The notes under the pieces are model-generated. The model saw only the letters and a list, made by a program, of their open reading frames with translations, was not told the DNA's origin and searched no databases. A program made the position numbers and the translations under genes. A stretch of DNA of 64,000 nt from an uncultured virus (IMG/VR IMGVR_UViG_3300028833_000148) (Duplodnaviria; Heunggongvirae; Uroviricota; Caudoviricetes): the IMG/VR virus record IMGVR_UViG_3300028833_000148, positions 1 through 64,000 of that record, one strand, 5' to 3'. Shown piece by piece: positions 48,404 to 59,182 of this stretch (positions are counted from its first letter, which is position 1; the number at the start of each line of letters is the position of its first letter).

Positions 48404-48897
48404 ACGAAGGGGTTTTTGAAGAAAGACCTACTAAGTTAGAAATACCAAACAGTGACCCTATGGGTGGCGATATGGATGGCATGGGTGATTTAGATAATGC
48501 TCCAATGCCACCAATGGGTCCTGATGATATGGGAATGGATGACCCTAATGCTATGGGCGGTGCTGACCCTATGGGAGAAGACCCAAACGGCATGGGTGGA
48601 CAAGACCCTAATGCTATGGGTGGTGATGATGAGCTAATGAATATTATCAATGGTTTATCAATCGAAGACAAGGCAGCAGTAACAAAATACGCTAAAAGTA
48701 TGGCTGATGATTCCAATGGGGAGGAAACACCAGATATGGGTGGAGAAATGCCAATGGAATCTAGACGAAATGTAATGAATCTTATAGATGAAGTCATAAA
48801 TGATGTTTTGGACAATAGAGAAGGAACTAAAAGACCAGAGAAGAAATTGCCAAAACAATATAGAAATGTTGAAATGCCGTTTAAATCTCCATTCTAA
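48385..48897 (+). CDS. probable -1 frameshift extension of the upstream protein (ORF track start 48460)
   Basis: -1 frame opens at 48370 and reads KKKQKVNEGVFEERPTKLEIPNSDPMGG...; shares EMPMESRR with the upstream ORF; terminator at 48905-48933. Confidence 0.6.
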   Translation, partial: KKKQKVNEGVFEERPTKLEIPNSDPMGGDMDGMGDLDNAPMPPMGPDDMGMDDPNAMGGADPMGEDPNGMGGQDPNAMGGDDELMNIINGLSIEDKAAVTKYAKSMADDSNGEETPDMGGEMPMESRRNVMNLIDEVINDVLDNREGTKRPEKKLPKQYRNVEMPFKSPF

Positions 48898-48969
48898 ATA
48901 AATAAAAAGGATACCAATGAGGTATCCTTTTTTTTGTTATAAATAGATATTTATATAAAAATTGTTATT

Positions 48970-49422
48970 ATGAAAATACTAGTAAAAAGAAACAATAACT
49001 TAATAAATTTAGGTGAAGGAAGAATCTATTCAAAAAGCCAACTAAGACTTAATGAATTGGATGCCAATATTGGTATGGCAAACGGAATTCAGCAAGCCCA
49101 AATGAAAGCAAAACAGTTAATGAACCAAAACGCTGGAGTTGATAGTGCTTCTGTGGAAGCTGGTAAGGCAGATGGACAAAATGACGCAAACAGCGGTGAA
49201 GGGCTAAAACTAGAGGTGCCAGTTAACGCCACTGGGAAACAACTTGCGCAAGCCCAGCGAATGACAAAAGACCAAAGTGCTGATGACGCTCAGATTACAT
49301 TTACGAAGCCTCAAACATCTTCTTCATCAATGAATACAAATGAGTCAAGAATTGTAGAAATGAGAAAAAATTCAATCCCATTCACTAAAAAAGAGTTGCA
49401 CAAATTTTTAAGAGAGATATAA
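48970..49422 (+). CDS. hypothetical late protein
   Basis: TATTTATA 48948-48955. Confidence 0.65.
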   Translation: MKILVKRNNNLINLGEGRIYSKSQLRLNELDANIGMANGIQQAQMKAKQLMNQNAGVDSASVEAGKADGQNDANSGEGLKLEVPVNATGKQLAQAQRMTKDQSADDAQITFTKPQTSSSSMNTNESRIVEMRKNSIPFTKKELHKFLREI

Positions 49423-49423
49423 G

Positions 49424-51112
49424 ATGAAAAAAATATATATCAGCGAGAATACAATATCGAATGTGGTTAATGGAAGACTTTTGCCACAGTTTTTATTTAA
49501 ATTGGTTAAAACACATACGACATCACTAGGAGATAATGAAGCGTTTCCCTCTAGTGACGATTATCCTTTTGATTATGTCTTGCTGAAAAAAAGATATAAC
49601 GAAGTTTGTGATGCGATAGATGATATTGGTTTAGTGTCATTAAACGAAGACGATTTAGTTAGCGAACTAAGTTCGTTGGTAACAGAATGTAAAAGATTAG
49701 AAGAACCAGTGAGAGACGCATTAGAGAAAATATGTGAGAATGCGTTAAACAGATTGTTTGCAATTCCAGAAGAATCAATTAATATGTCTTTTAAATTGGT
49801 AGATAAAATCAAATTTAAAAGTGCTATTAGAATGAGACCAGAGTCTAATGATGATGCGAAATATACATTCAAAGATATTGCTGATATTGATTTGTCTAAT
49901 AAGGCTGTTGGAAAAAGAAGATTCATCAATGCCCTTATACAAGGTGCTGCATACTTATATAGCGGAATAGAAGGATTATATATTGATGATATAGATAAAA
50001 TAAATCCGAAACTCCCTAGATTATATAGAAAGATTAGAATAATTAACGATTACTTGCTTTTTACTAAGAAAGAAGAAATGTCTGATGATAAACCAATGCA
50101 AGGTTCGTATGTTGAGACACACCTAGGAATTGCAGATGCAAAAACAACAATAAAAGTACAAGGTCTTGTTTTCCCGTTGCTGTTCCAAGAGTCCATTAAG
50201 GGTTTATTTGAACTATTTTCAGCGCATGGCTTACCACAAGATAGGGATAAAGCACAGTATATCGTTAAAAAGGCTGATTTCGTTCTTGCAGAGCCTTGGG
50301 ATTTAAGGCTTGGTGTTGGCTTATGGGAAATGATTTTCGGTGGCGTAGAGGACACGAATATGATTCCTTATATGTTTACATCTTTCGTTAAAATTCCAAC
50401 AAACGAGTTCAACTTGTCAGTTAAAGAAATATTGTCTAATACTGAAAAGGGTAATGAAATTGTCAACAATTTAATGAAAGACGCTGAATATGACAATGGA
50501 TACCAACAGTTTACCAACAGAATAAACGCCAAAAATGTAGACAAATCATTAATTAAAGATTCGTATTTCACTGGAGCTGAAACCAACGGGTATGAATTGG
50601 ATTCTGACGTAGAGGAAGGTGATGTAATTGAAGAAAATGGAGAAGAACAAAATTCTGAAATCATGGCTATTATAGCCAATGCAACTGTTGATAACATTGA
50701 TTTTATTGAAGGTGAATCAGATGAGTATGGGGAAAAAGTTTATCTTTCAGTTGATGGCATCGAAATACCTAGTGAATTGGTTAACCTAGATTTTAGAGTT
50801 GTTTATAAACGTTTTCCTACTGGCAAACAGCAGTTATTGAATATTGATATTATTTTAGACCCACAACTTAGAGGCTACGGATTAGGAACTAAAATATATG
50901 CAAAGGCTGTTCGTGAGTTTGGCGCAATATGCAGTAGGCACTCAACAAGACATAATGATGACGGTATTAGGGGTATATTTGGAAAACTTAATTCGTTTAA
51001 CGACATCGCTGTATTTCAAGACACATACAACAATTTCGAAAATGAAACGATATGTGATTATTATGCAATATTGAAATCAGAATTACCAAAATACATTGAT
51101 AATGAAGAGTAA
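49424..51112 (+). CDS. putative virion protein with C-terminal GNAT-like domain
   Basis: KRRFINALIQGAA core; C-terminal LDPQLRGYGLGTKIY. Confidence 0.6.
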   Translation: MKKIYISENTISNVVNGRLLPQFLFKLVKTHTTSLGDNEAFPSSDDYPFDYVLLKKRYNEVCDAIDDIGLVSLNEDDLVSELSSLVTECKRLEEPVRDALEKICENALNRLFAIPEESINMSFKLVDKIKFKSAIRMRPESNDDAKYTFKDIADIDLSNKAVGKRRFINALIQGAAYLYSGIEGLYIDDIDKINPKLPRLYRKIRIINDYLLFTKKEEMSDDKPMQGSYVETHLGIADAKTTIKVQGLVFPLLFQESIKGLFELFSAHGLPQDRDKAQYIVKKADFVLAEPWDLRLGVGLWEMIFGGVEDTNMIPYMFTSFVKIPTNEFNLSVKEILSNTEKGNEIVNNLMKDAEYDNGYQQFTNRINAKNVDKSLIKDSYFTGAETNGYELDSDVEEGDVIEENGEEQNSEIMAIIANATVDNIDFIEGESDEYGEKVYLSVDGIEIPSELVNLDFRVVYKRFPTGKQQLLNIDIILDPQLRGYGLGTKIYAKAVREFGAICSRHSTRHNDDGIRGIFGKLNSFNDIAVFQDTYNNFENETICDYYAILKSELPKYIDNEE

Positions 51113-51209
51113 CTGTAGTAGTTACTCTTTTTTTATTTTGTAAATATTTATCAAAAAAATAACTTTTGAAAGTTACGTAATATTTATTAAAATTTAGACA
51201 GTTACAATT

Positions 51210-53087
51210 ATGATATACGATTTCGCTCAAATGCAAAGGGATTACGCATTATGTTATGCGGACAAATCTCGAATAAAATTCATCGAAACATACCTTAGTA
51301 CGTTTAATGCGACTAAGGGTAAAAAAACACAATTTCATTGTTTCCCAAGACAAAGGGCATTTCTGAAAGCCCTTTCAGAAAACAGAAATGTTGTTGCAAT
51401 TAAGCCTAGACAGTGTGGTATTACAACTTTATCTAGCGCATGGGTTACTGGACAATGCGTTTTTGCCTCAAAAGATGCGCCAGAAACTGTTTTGTGTATT
51501 GCAAACAAACTTGAGCAAGCACAAGAAATTATTATTAAAATCCGTGATTTCTTAGAGCAAGTACCTCGTTGGATGTGGGGAAACGATTATTTTTCGCCAG
51601 ACCCAAATTCTGAGAAAAACACGAAATCCATATTCTTAAAAGACGCAAAAGGTGAGTTAAAATTATTCAATGGTTGTAGAGTTATTGCTCGTGCTTCTGG
51701 TCCTAATGCCTCTCGTGGTATTTCTGCTGTATCTGTATTGATTCTTGATGAGGCTGCATTTATTGAGGAAGGTGTTGCTGCATTTACTACTGCTGCTGCA
51801 ACAATGGCATCAAACCCAAACTCCAAAACTGTGATGGTATCTACGCCTAATGGTAGAGACGAGTTGTATTATAATACTTACAGACAAGCACTTAGTAAAG
51901 AAAATAACTTTGTCGCTGTACAGTTCCGTTGGTATCAAGACCCTCGTTTTAACAAATATCTTGTTTGGAAAAAGAAAAACGAAGATACAGGCGAATGGAT
52001 GTATGACCAAGACCCGATTGTTGATGGAGAAGGTGGCATTGCATATAACGAGGAAAGATGGGCTAGACTAGAGCATAGTGGTTGGAAACCATCCGCACCT
52101 TGGTACGATGAAATGTGTAAACAGTTCAACAATGACTCAATGAAAATTGCGCAAGAGCTTGATGTGTCATTCATGGGTTCTGCTGATAACGTTGTTGCCC
52201 CAGAGTTTATTGAAATGCAAGAGAAATTAAATACTAGAGAACCTTTATCTGATTTTGTTGACCCGTTGGTTGAGGAAACTTGGTTTTGGAAAAAACCGAT
52301 TGATGGACACCGTTATATTTTGGCTTGCGACCCGTCTAGGGGTGTTTCAGCCGATAGAACTGCCATTGAAATCATTGATATGGACGGTAGGGATGAAAAT
52401 GGAATGCCAATAATTGAACAAGTTGCGGAATATGTGGGCAAAAAACTTGGTGATGATATTGGCGCATTGTGCTATCAATATGCCACGATGTATAATGATG
52501 CGTTTGTTGTTGTTGACTGTACTGGCGGTCAAGGAGACGCTTGCATTTTAACAATGCTTCAGATGGGTTATAAGAATTTGTATTATGAGGACTCTAATCA
52601 AAAGACTTATACTGTACAAAGGTCAACCAAAAACTATGATGGATACACGGATAAGTTACCTGGTTTCCATTTCCAAGGAAACCGTTATCCAGTATTAGCA
52701 AATTTTGCTGGTTTGGTTCGTAATGATGAATTTAAGATACGTTCTGCTAGAGTTATCAATGAACTTGAAACTTGGATATTCAAGGGAGAGAACGCTAGAA
52801 TTGACCACCAAGACGGTGCTCACGATGATACTTTGACATCACTAGCAATGGGATTATTTGTTATGCAGTTTACTGTTAACAGAATACAAAATACCGTTAA
52901 CAAAGACAAATCAATATTAAATGCATATATGATGTCCAATGCCATTAATATGAATAAGCCTAAAATCAACTATGGCAACCCGATAACGCCACAAAATGGT
53001 CTACCCTTTTATAACAGTAAAAATATCAATAAATTTGACCATATACCTAATGGAAGCTGCATGTGGGTATTCGGAATGCAACGTTAA
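51210..53087 (+). CDS. terL: terminase large subunit (T4 gp17-like)
   Basis: KPRQCGITT Walker A, LILDEAAF Walker B, STPNG, nuclease DPSRG..D and HDD. Confidence 0.93.
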   Translation: MIYDFAQMQRDYALCYADKSRIKFIETYLSTFNATKGKKTQFHCFPRQRAFLKALSENRNVVAIKPRQCGITTLSSAWVTGQCVFASKDAPETVLCIANKLEQAQEIIIKIRDFLEQVPRWMWGNDYFSPDPNSEKNTKSIFLKDAKGELKLFNGCRVIARASGPNASRGISAVSVLILDEAAFIEEGVAAFTTAAATMASNPNSKTVMVSTPNGRDELYYNTYRQALSKENNFVAVQFRWYQDPRFNKYLVWKKKNEDTGEWMYDQDPIVDGEGGIAYNEERWARLEHSGWKPSAPWYDEMCKQFNNDSMKIAQELDVSFMGSADNVVAPEFIEMQEKLNTREPLSDFVDPLVEETWFWKKPIDGHRYILACDPSRGVSADRTAIEIIDMDGRDENGMPIIEQVAEYVGKKLGDDIGALCYQYATMYNDAFVVVDCTGGQGDACILTMLQMGYKNLYYEDSNQKTYTVQRSTKNYDGYTDKLPGFHFQGNRYPVLANFAGLVRNDEFKIRSARVINELETWIFKGENARIDHQDGAHDDTLTSLAMGLFVMQFTVNRIQNTVNKDKSILNAYMMSNAINMNKPKINYGNPITPQNGLPFYNSKNINKFDHIPNGSCMWVFGMQR

Positions 53088-53143
53088 CTTAATTTATATT
53101 TATATTTATAGAAGAATAATTATTTTTTATATAAAAAATTGTC

Positions 53144-55165
53144 ATGGCTAAGAAAAATGGAACTGTGTTTCAAGCCCTAGATAAAGCGATTACTGGTAAT
53201 TGGAATCCTCAAGATAATGCTATGCCACATGTCAACACATATGACATGACTAGCAACGGTGGTAAAATATTATATAAAACCGATAGCAAGGAAGACTATA
53301 CCACTAAAAAACTAGAGCTTCAACAAAATAAATATTTAAAGGATAGGTGGATTAAAGCCAATGTAAATCTGTCTGTTACGGCATATGCTGGACTTAACAA
53401 TGTTAAGCTTATGTATCGTGACGCTGATTTGATGGATGCATTTCCAGAGATTGGTGCTGCATTGGATATTGTATCAGAGGAAAGTACCATTACGAATGAT
53501 AAAGGGATGATTGTAAATGTATATTCAAAATCTGACCGTATTAAAAGTATACTAGAAGATTTGTTCGTAAATAGATTGAATATACAGTTAACTGGGCAAA
53601 TGATAATTCGTGCAATGTGTAAGTATGGAAACCAATTTATGCTTTTGGATATTGATAACAAAAATGGCGTAAAGGGGTGGAAACAAATGCCAGTTTTCAA
53701 TATGGAAAGAATTGAAAACGGAATACAAAATCCATATGGTGCTGGTGCGTCAATTGCGGTAAATGGAATCACCAAGGATAATGCTGATATGTCAACACAA
53801 TTTATTTGGCTAGATGATAACAACTCCCAAATACCATTCCGTGATTGGCAAATAGCGCATTTCAGATTACTTACCAATTCATTATATTTACCTTACGGAG
53901 TTAGTTATCTTAATGCAGCACGTAGGCATTGGCGTATGCTTTCTCTTATGGAAGACATGATGCTTATATATCGTTTGGAACGCTCAATTGAAAGACGTGT
54001 GTATAAAATATTCGTTGGCGCAATTGATGATGCAGATGTTCAAGCATATGTTGAGAGAATCGCAAATGAATTTAAAAGGACACCAATTGTTGACCCAATG
54101 ACTGGGCAAATTGACCTTCGTAAAAATATATTATCAGTTGACCAAGATATTTTTATTCCTGTTCGTGATGAGAATGCGCCAACACCAATTGATACATTGT
54201 CTGCTGCACAGAACATGACCGCATTGGATGACATCAAGTTTGTACAGAACAAAGTACTGACAGCACTTAGAATACCTAAGTCATTCTTGAATTTTGAAGA
54301 GACTGCTGGTGATGGTAAAAACCTAGCGTTAATGGATATTCGTTTTACTAGAACAGTAAATAGAATTCAGCAAGCATTTTTGATGGAATTAACGAAAGTT
54401 GCATCAATACATTTATTTTTGCTTGGCTTTAACGATGAGTTAAATAATTTCACTTTGTCGATGAACAATCCATCAACTCAAGCAGAAGGTTTGGAGATAG
54501 AAAATATGCAGAAGAAGATTGATGCTGTTAGGGATGCTGTTAGTGACCCAGGTAATGGTCTTCCAGTTATGTCTCAGACTCGTGCATTAAAACAGATAAT
54601 GAAATGGTCTGAAAAAGAAATTAAAGAGAATCTTGAAGAAATACGTCTTGAAAAAGGTATTGCTGCTGAACTTGAGAAAACAACTCAAATCATCAAGAAA
54701 ACTGGTATATTCGATACTGTTGACAGAATATACGGTGAGCCTGGTGCCGAATATATGGATGACCAACAAGGTCAAGGAGGCATGGGTAATAATGGAGGCA
54801 TGGGAGGCGGTGGCGCACCACCTCCAGCACCTATGGGTGGAGAAGGTGACATGGGAGGAGACCTAGACGGACTCGGAGCACCTGGTGATGATGGAAGCGG
54901 TGGAGACATTGCTGGAGCAGAAGGCTCTATGCCAACAGCCGACATGGGTTCTGACCCAAATGCACCAATGGAATCATTCAATACCAAAAAACCATTAATA
55001 GTTGAAAGCATGTTTGATAAATACATGAATATGCTTGATGAACATTCTGTAAAGCCACAAGAGGCATCATATAAACGTGCAGATGTATATGATAGTGAAA
55101 GTGTTATGATTAATGAGGAATTTGATAAGATGATTAAAGCACTTAACAAATATGTTGATGAATAA
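53144..55165 (+). CDS. portal protein (T4 gp20-like)
   Basis: YR...M...PEI..ALD, IAHFRL, YGVSYL..AR..WR.L.LMED.MLIYR..R..ERR; Gly/Met/Pro-rich tail. Confidence 0.92.
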   Translation: MAKKNGTVFQALDKAITGNWNPQDNAMPHVNTYDMTSNGGKILYKTDSKEDYTTKKLELQQNKYLKDRWIKANVNLSVTAYAGLNNVKLMYRDADLMDAFPEIGAALDIVSEESTITNDKGMIVNVYSKSDRIKSILEDLFVNRLNIQLTGQMIIRAMCKYGNQFMLLDIDNKNGVKGWKQMPVFNMERIENGIQNPYGAGASIAVNGITKDNADMSTQFIWLDDNNSQIPFRDWQIAHFRLLTNSLYLPYGVSYLNAARRHWRMLSLMEDMMLIYRLERSIERRVYKIFVGAIDDADVQAYVERIANEFKRTPIVDPMTGQIDLRKNILSVDQDIFIPVRDENAPTPIDTLSAAQNMTALDDIKFVQNKVLTALRIPKSFLNFEETAGDGKNLALMDIRFTRTVNRIQQAFLMELTKVASIHLFLLGFNDELNNFTLSMNNPSTQAEGLEIENMQKKIDAVRDAVSDPGNGLPVMSQTRALKQIMKWSEKEIKENLEEIRLEKGIAAELEKTTQIIKKTGIFDTVDRIYGEPGAEYMDDQQGQGGMGNNGGMGGGGAPPPAPMGGEGDMGGDLDGLGAPGDDGSGGDIAGAEGSMPTADMGSDPNAPMESFNTKKPLIVESMFDKYMNMLDEHSVKPQEASYKRADVYDSESVMINEEFDKMIKALNKYVDE

Positions 55166-55230
55166 ATAAAGAGCGTGGCAATGGTCACGCTTTTTATTTT
55201 ACGATGATATTTATAAGAAATAATGTTTCA

Positions 55231-56892
55231 ATGAAAAAAATTATATTAGAATATTTTCAAGGAAACCCTGATACAATGTCGGAGTATGATGATTCCACTG
55301 ATAAATACATGAGGTCTTGGTATTTTGACGGAGATAAGGGAATCTCATTCGGGTGGTTTCAAACATCATTAGACGGAGAAAAGGAATTTGTTTCCGAAGC
55401 GGATACTTGCCATTACCATTTGTCTCAAAAAATTGGTTATGAAATACTTGGTAAAGCAATATCTAGTGAAGATATAGAAGATGATGACATAGAAGGTATT
55501 GGACGTGCTGTTAACGACACAGCAGCATTTAAAGGAAGAACGTTTGACGAGCCGAAAATTATTACAACTTGGCATAAAGTATCTTCAGAAAAATTATATG
55601 AAATACTTGAAAATCTAGGTGGGGTAGAAAAATTCCAAGATTATAGTTATGTTTATCCAGAGGAACAAAAATGGGGTGGTAATGATGAAGTAAAGGCTGG
55701 AGATGCCAATGTCATTTGGTATATTAACTCAAACGACCAATATGTTAGTCCAACAGATATTAGATTAATGGGAATGAATATAAAAGGGTCATATTCATTT
55801 CCAGAATGGATGGTTGACATTGTAAGGAAATATAATACGCCTAATTCTAAATTAGCCGACAAAACCGCCAAATTGGGCAACATGACAATAGCGCAATACA
55901 ATTCATTGATACACCAAGAAGAAAAAGAACCTAAAAACACAATAAAAGAAAACGATATGAAAGAGAATAAATATCAAAAAGAGTTTTCAAACTATATTGA
56001 AATAATGAATGAGGCACTTAAAAGAAATGATTTCGGTGCTTATAATGCAGCAAAACGTATGCTAGATGAAACCATTGAAGATAATAAACATGAGAATGAA
56101 TTATCGTCTGAAATGAAAACTAATAATTTCGGTATCTTAAATCATATATTTGAACAGCAATTGCCTACGTTATTTAAGACGAACAAAAAGGCTGTCAGAG
56201 ACGTTGTAAAATTAATAAAGGAAGATAGTAACCTCAAGAACGAATTTGCCTTCTACAATGCGATTAAAACGCAATATAAGGGCAAGGCTGCAACTATTGC
56301 CGAAGCAAAAGAAGTGCTAGAGAAATTGGCTGATATTTCTGTTAAGGGAATAAACCAGAAAACAGTTAGGGAGTCAAATAAAAAACTTAGAAAAGTGATG
56401 CTTGAAAACAATATAATTCCTAGTGATTTCATCGATGATGAAAGTAGAAAACTATATGAATCAGGCCATATTATTCTAACACATAAGAAAACAACTGCAA
56501 ATATGATACCACTCATCGAAAGTTATCATACGGTTTGCCAATATATGGAAAATCATAAAAACGATGTGATTAAAGAAAGCAAAAATATTGACGATTTGAT
56601 AAGTGAGTTTGAGGACAAGATGAAAACAAACCTTAATGAATCTGAAATGTCATTTGTGCAGCAAATTACAGATTTTAGAAGCCCAATTGCAGAGCAGAGA
56701 AAAGAGAAACTGTTTAATAAACTTAAAGAGGATTGTCTAACAGCCATCACATCAATGCTTAAAGAAGATTCAAACAACGAAGAATTAAAAGGCTTGAGTA
56801 GCCAATTAAACGAAATGACATTTGACAAAAATAATATTGTTAAAGATATTGCAAAATTGTTGGAGATAAGAGATATATTAATGGATGATTAA
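55231..56892 (+). CDS. hypothetical head-module protein
   Basis: TATTTATA 55208-55215; helical C-terminal half beginning near NNFGIL. Confidence 0.65.
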   Translation: MKKIILEYFQGNPDTMSEYDDSTDKYMRSWYFDGDKGISFGWFQTSLDGEKEFVSEADTCHYHLSQKIGYEILGKAISSEDIEDDDIEGIGRAVNDTAAFKGRTFDEPKIITTWHKVSSEKLYEILENLGGVEKFQDYSYVYPEEQKWGGNDEVKAGDANVIWYINSNDQYVSPTDIRLMGMNIKGSYSFPEWMVDIVRKYNTPNSKLADKTAKLGNMTIAQYNSLIHQEEKEPKNTIKENDMKENKYQKEFSNYIEIMNEALKRNDFGAYNAAKRMLDETIEDNKHENELSSEMKTNNFGILNHIFEQQLPTLFKTNKKAVRDVVKLIKEDSNLKNEFAFYNAIKTQYKGKAATIAEAKEVLEKLADISVKGINQKTVRESNKKLRKVMLENNIIPSDFIDDESRKLYESGHIILTHKKTTANMIPLIESYHTVCQYMENHKNDVIKESKNIDDLISEFEDKMKTNLNESEMSFVQQITDFRSPIAEQRKEKLFNKLKEDCLTAITSMLKEDSNNEELKGLSSQLNEMTFDKNNIVKDIAKLLEIRDILMDD

Positions 56893-56897
56893 GTGTT

Positions 56898-57122
56898 ATG
56901 AAAGATATTATAACGGAAATAATAAATGATTATCTAAAAAGTAAGTGCATGATTAATGAAAATTTTTATTGGGGGGAGGGTGATTTGATAGCAATGAGAA
57001 ACTGTAAGAAAACACTTTCCGAAATTTATGATAGAATGCTTAAAAACGGCTTAACTAAAAACGTGTTTGTCGTTCAACAGCTTGGGGATATAATAAGCAG
57101 ACTTGATAAGTTATCAAGATGA
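56898..57122 (+). CDS. small hypothetical late protein
   Basis: coupled to upstream gene; terminator at 57122-57156. Confidence 0.5.
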   Translation: MKDIITEIINDYLKSKCMINENFYWGEGDLIAMRNCKKTLSEIYDRMLKNGLTKNVFVVQQLGDIISRLDKLSR

Positions 57123-57261
57123 AAAAATGGCTGAGATTCGTTTCTCAGCCATTTTGTTTTTATAATCATATATTATTCGGTTGTGCAAATATACGAAAAA
57201 TAATTCATTTGACCAAATATTTTAAATGCTTTTAATACTATTTATTGATAAAATATAAGTT

Positions 57262-58587
57262 ATGCTAATACAGCCAAAACCATATATGGATAAATTGAAA
57301 CTCAGACACCATGCATTTGGTGTTGAGCGCAGACGTAATATGTCAAAAATGATATTGGAAAAAGGAACTCCATTTCCCTTACCAATTGAATATTCTGACA
57401 TAGATGAAGCAATGTTTAGGTGGGTGGAAGAACACATACAGATAACGTATGATGGAAAAAGGCTTCCTACATATAAACTATACAGTACGCAAAGACTTAG
57501 TGAATACATTCAAGAATGGGATAAACAAGACGAAACTGGTAACCCAATTATAAATTTCAAAACTGTTACACGTGAGAATAACCCTCAGAAAGGTGAAAGC
57601 CAAGGAAACTATTTCAATATTCCTGGGCATAAGGATTTTGCAATGTTTTATGTTCCAGTATTACAAGAAAATGGAACAGAGGCTTACGACAAATACACGA
57701 TGAAACAGCCGTTTCAAGTAAATTTCATTTATTCGATTTCCATTGTTGCTAACAAAATGGAGATAATAAATGAAATGAACGAGCTTATGCACTATGAATT
57801 TAGTGCAATTGATTGCTATATATCTCCTAATGGTCATCCAATGTCAATGACGCTTGAGGACGTTTCCGATAATTCTGAGTATGCAATTGATGACCGTAAA
57901 TACTATTCACAGACATATAAGGTCAAAGTAAGGGGTTATATAATAAGAAAAGAAGACTACAAGGTAGAAAGAATTCCATCTAGGTTTTTAATGCCTTGGC
58001 GTGATTCAGATGCTACTGGTATCATTCATCGCAGAGGTAAGAACAGAAGGGATGAAGAAAAAGTTACATTTATGACGTTCAAACTAGATGAGGAACAGAA
58101 ATTCAAAATTGAGTCATTGGTGAATGATGATGAAAACTGCCCAGTGCCAGATATGATACCAACAGACAAACCTTCAGAAATATTTGAGGAAACGAGTGAC
58201 GCTGACGATTGCTGCGAAAAGAAACCCGACAGATATTATAACAAAATAATGAAGGTTATAATGAATTTCGATTGTGTGACAGAACTTGAATTTGAAATAG
58301 ACAAAGATATGGTTCTTGAATCAGTAGAAACAAAAAATGTATTCGATTTCAAACTGTTGGTGAACGGTGAGTTAATGAATTTGGAAAACGATATAAAATT
58401 CATTAATGGCGATAATATAATGGTTAGAATCAGTAGGGATGACATTGAAAAAGCATCCGAGGTGACGTTGGTTGGATACGACCCAGAGGTAGCAATTGAT
58501 AGCGTACTACCAGAGGTGGCAATTGATGAACCAATTGATGAGGAACATATTTTGATTAACCCTAGAGAAGAAAACGAAAATGAATGA
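57262..58587 (+). CDS. putative neck/tail-completion structural protein
   Basis: position in the head module; P..V...YS..I...KM...N pattern reminiscent of T4 gp15-like proteins. Confidence 0.4.
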   Translation: MLIQPKPYMDKLKLRHHAFGVERRRNMSKMILEKGTPFPLPIEYSDIDEAMFRWVEEHIQITYDGKRLPTYKLYSTQRLSEYIQEWDKQDETGNPIINFKTVTRENNPQKGESQGNYFNIPGHKDFAMFYVPVLQENGTEAYDKYTMKQPFQVNFIYSISIVANKMEIINEMNELMHYEFSAIDCYISPNGHPMSMTLEDVSDNSEYAIDDRKYYSQTYKVKVRGYIIRKEDYKVERIPSRFLMPWRDSDATGIIHRRGKNRRDEEKVTFMTFKLDEEQKFKIESLVNDDENCPVPDMIPTDKPSEIFEETSDADDCCEKKPDRYYNKIMKVIMNFDCVTELEFEIDKDMVLESVETKNVFDFKLLVNGELMNLENDIKFINGDNIMVRISRDDIEKASEVTLVGYDPEVAIDSVLPEVAIDEPIDEEHILINPREENENE

Positions 58588-58615
58588 TATTTATTTAGAA
58601 AATACGTATAGAAAT

Positions 58616-58996
58616 ATGAATAAAAAACTTATAAGGCTTACAGAATCAGACCTTCATAAGATTGTGAAAGAGTCTGTGAATAGAATTTTGAATGAAATCG
58701 GCAACACAGAAGGAGGACAAAGAAGATTAGGGGCATTACAAGCAAGAAAAGTAATTAATGCAAATGGTGGCACAATTGATGACTTGTTTAAGAGTCAATC
58801 AGACAATGGAGGAAAAATATATAACTATGCAAAACAAAAGCGTTCATCTTTGGGAAATGACACAGATGAACACGGAATGATTACAAATCCTCTATATAAA
58901 GAATATGCTAATGGATACACAGAATATTTAAACTCTCATCCAGAAGAGCGTTCAAGAAGAACTGAAAGATTGAGAAAATTGGGGTACTATGGTTAA
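58616..58996 (+). CDS. IRLTESDL-leader protein
   Basis: MNKKLIRLTESDLHKIVKESVNRILNE; TATTTAT at 58588. Confidence 0.7.
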   Translation: MNKKLIRLTESDLHKIVKESVNRILNEIGNTEGGQRRLGALQARKVINANGGTIDDLFKSQSDNGGKIYNYAKQKRSSLGNDTDEHGMITNPLYKEYANGYTEYLNSHPEERSRRTERLRKLGYYG

Positions 58997-59182
58997 AGCA
59001 CAAAAAATTATATATAAAGAGCAGCTATCAATCTGCCTCTAATCTCAAGCTACTTTTAACAAATCCAATTGACTTGTCAAATATATGAGCGAATAATTCC
59101 GATTCGCTCATTTTATTTAATACCGCCTATTGATTTTTATCAAAAAATTGTTATATTTTATATGTACTAAACAATATAACAA

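Noticed and set aside
47093..48815. Antisense ORFs over acidic genes (also 22513-23196, 33967-34479, 53320-53877, 54772-55188)
   Set aside because: Shadow ORFs caused by codon bias of the real genes on the opposite strand; no promoters or recognisable motifs.
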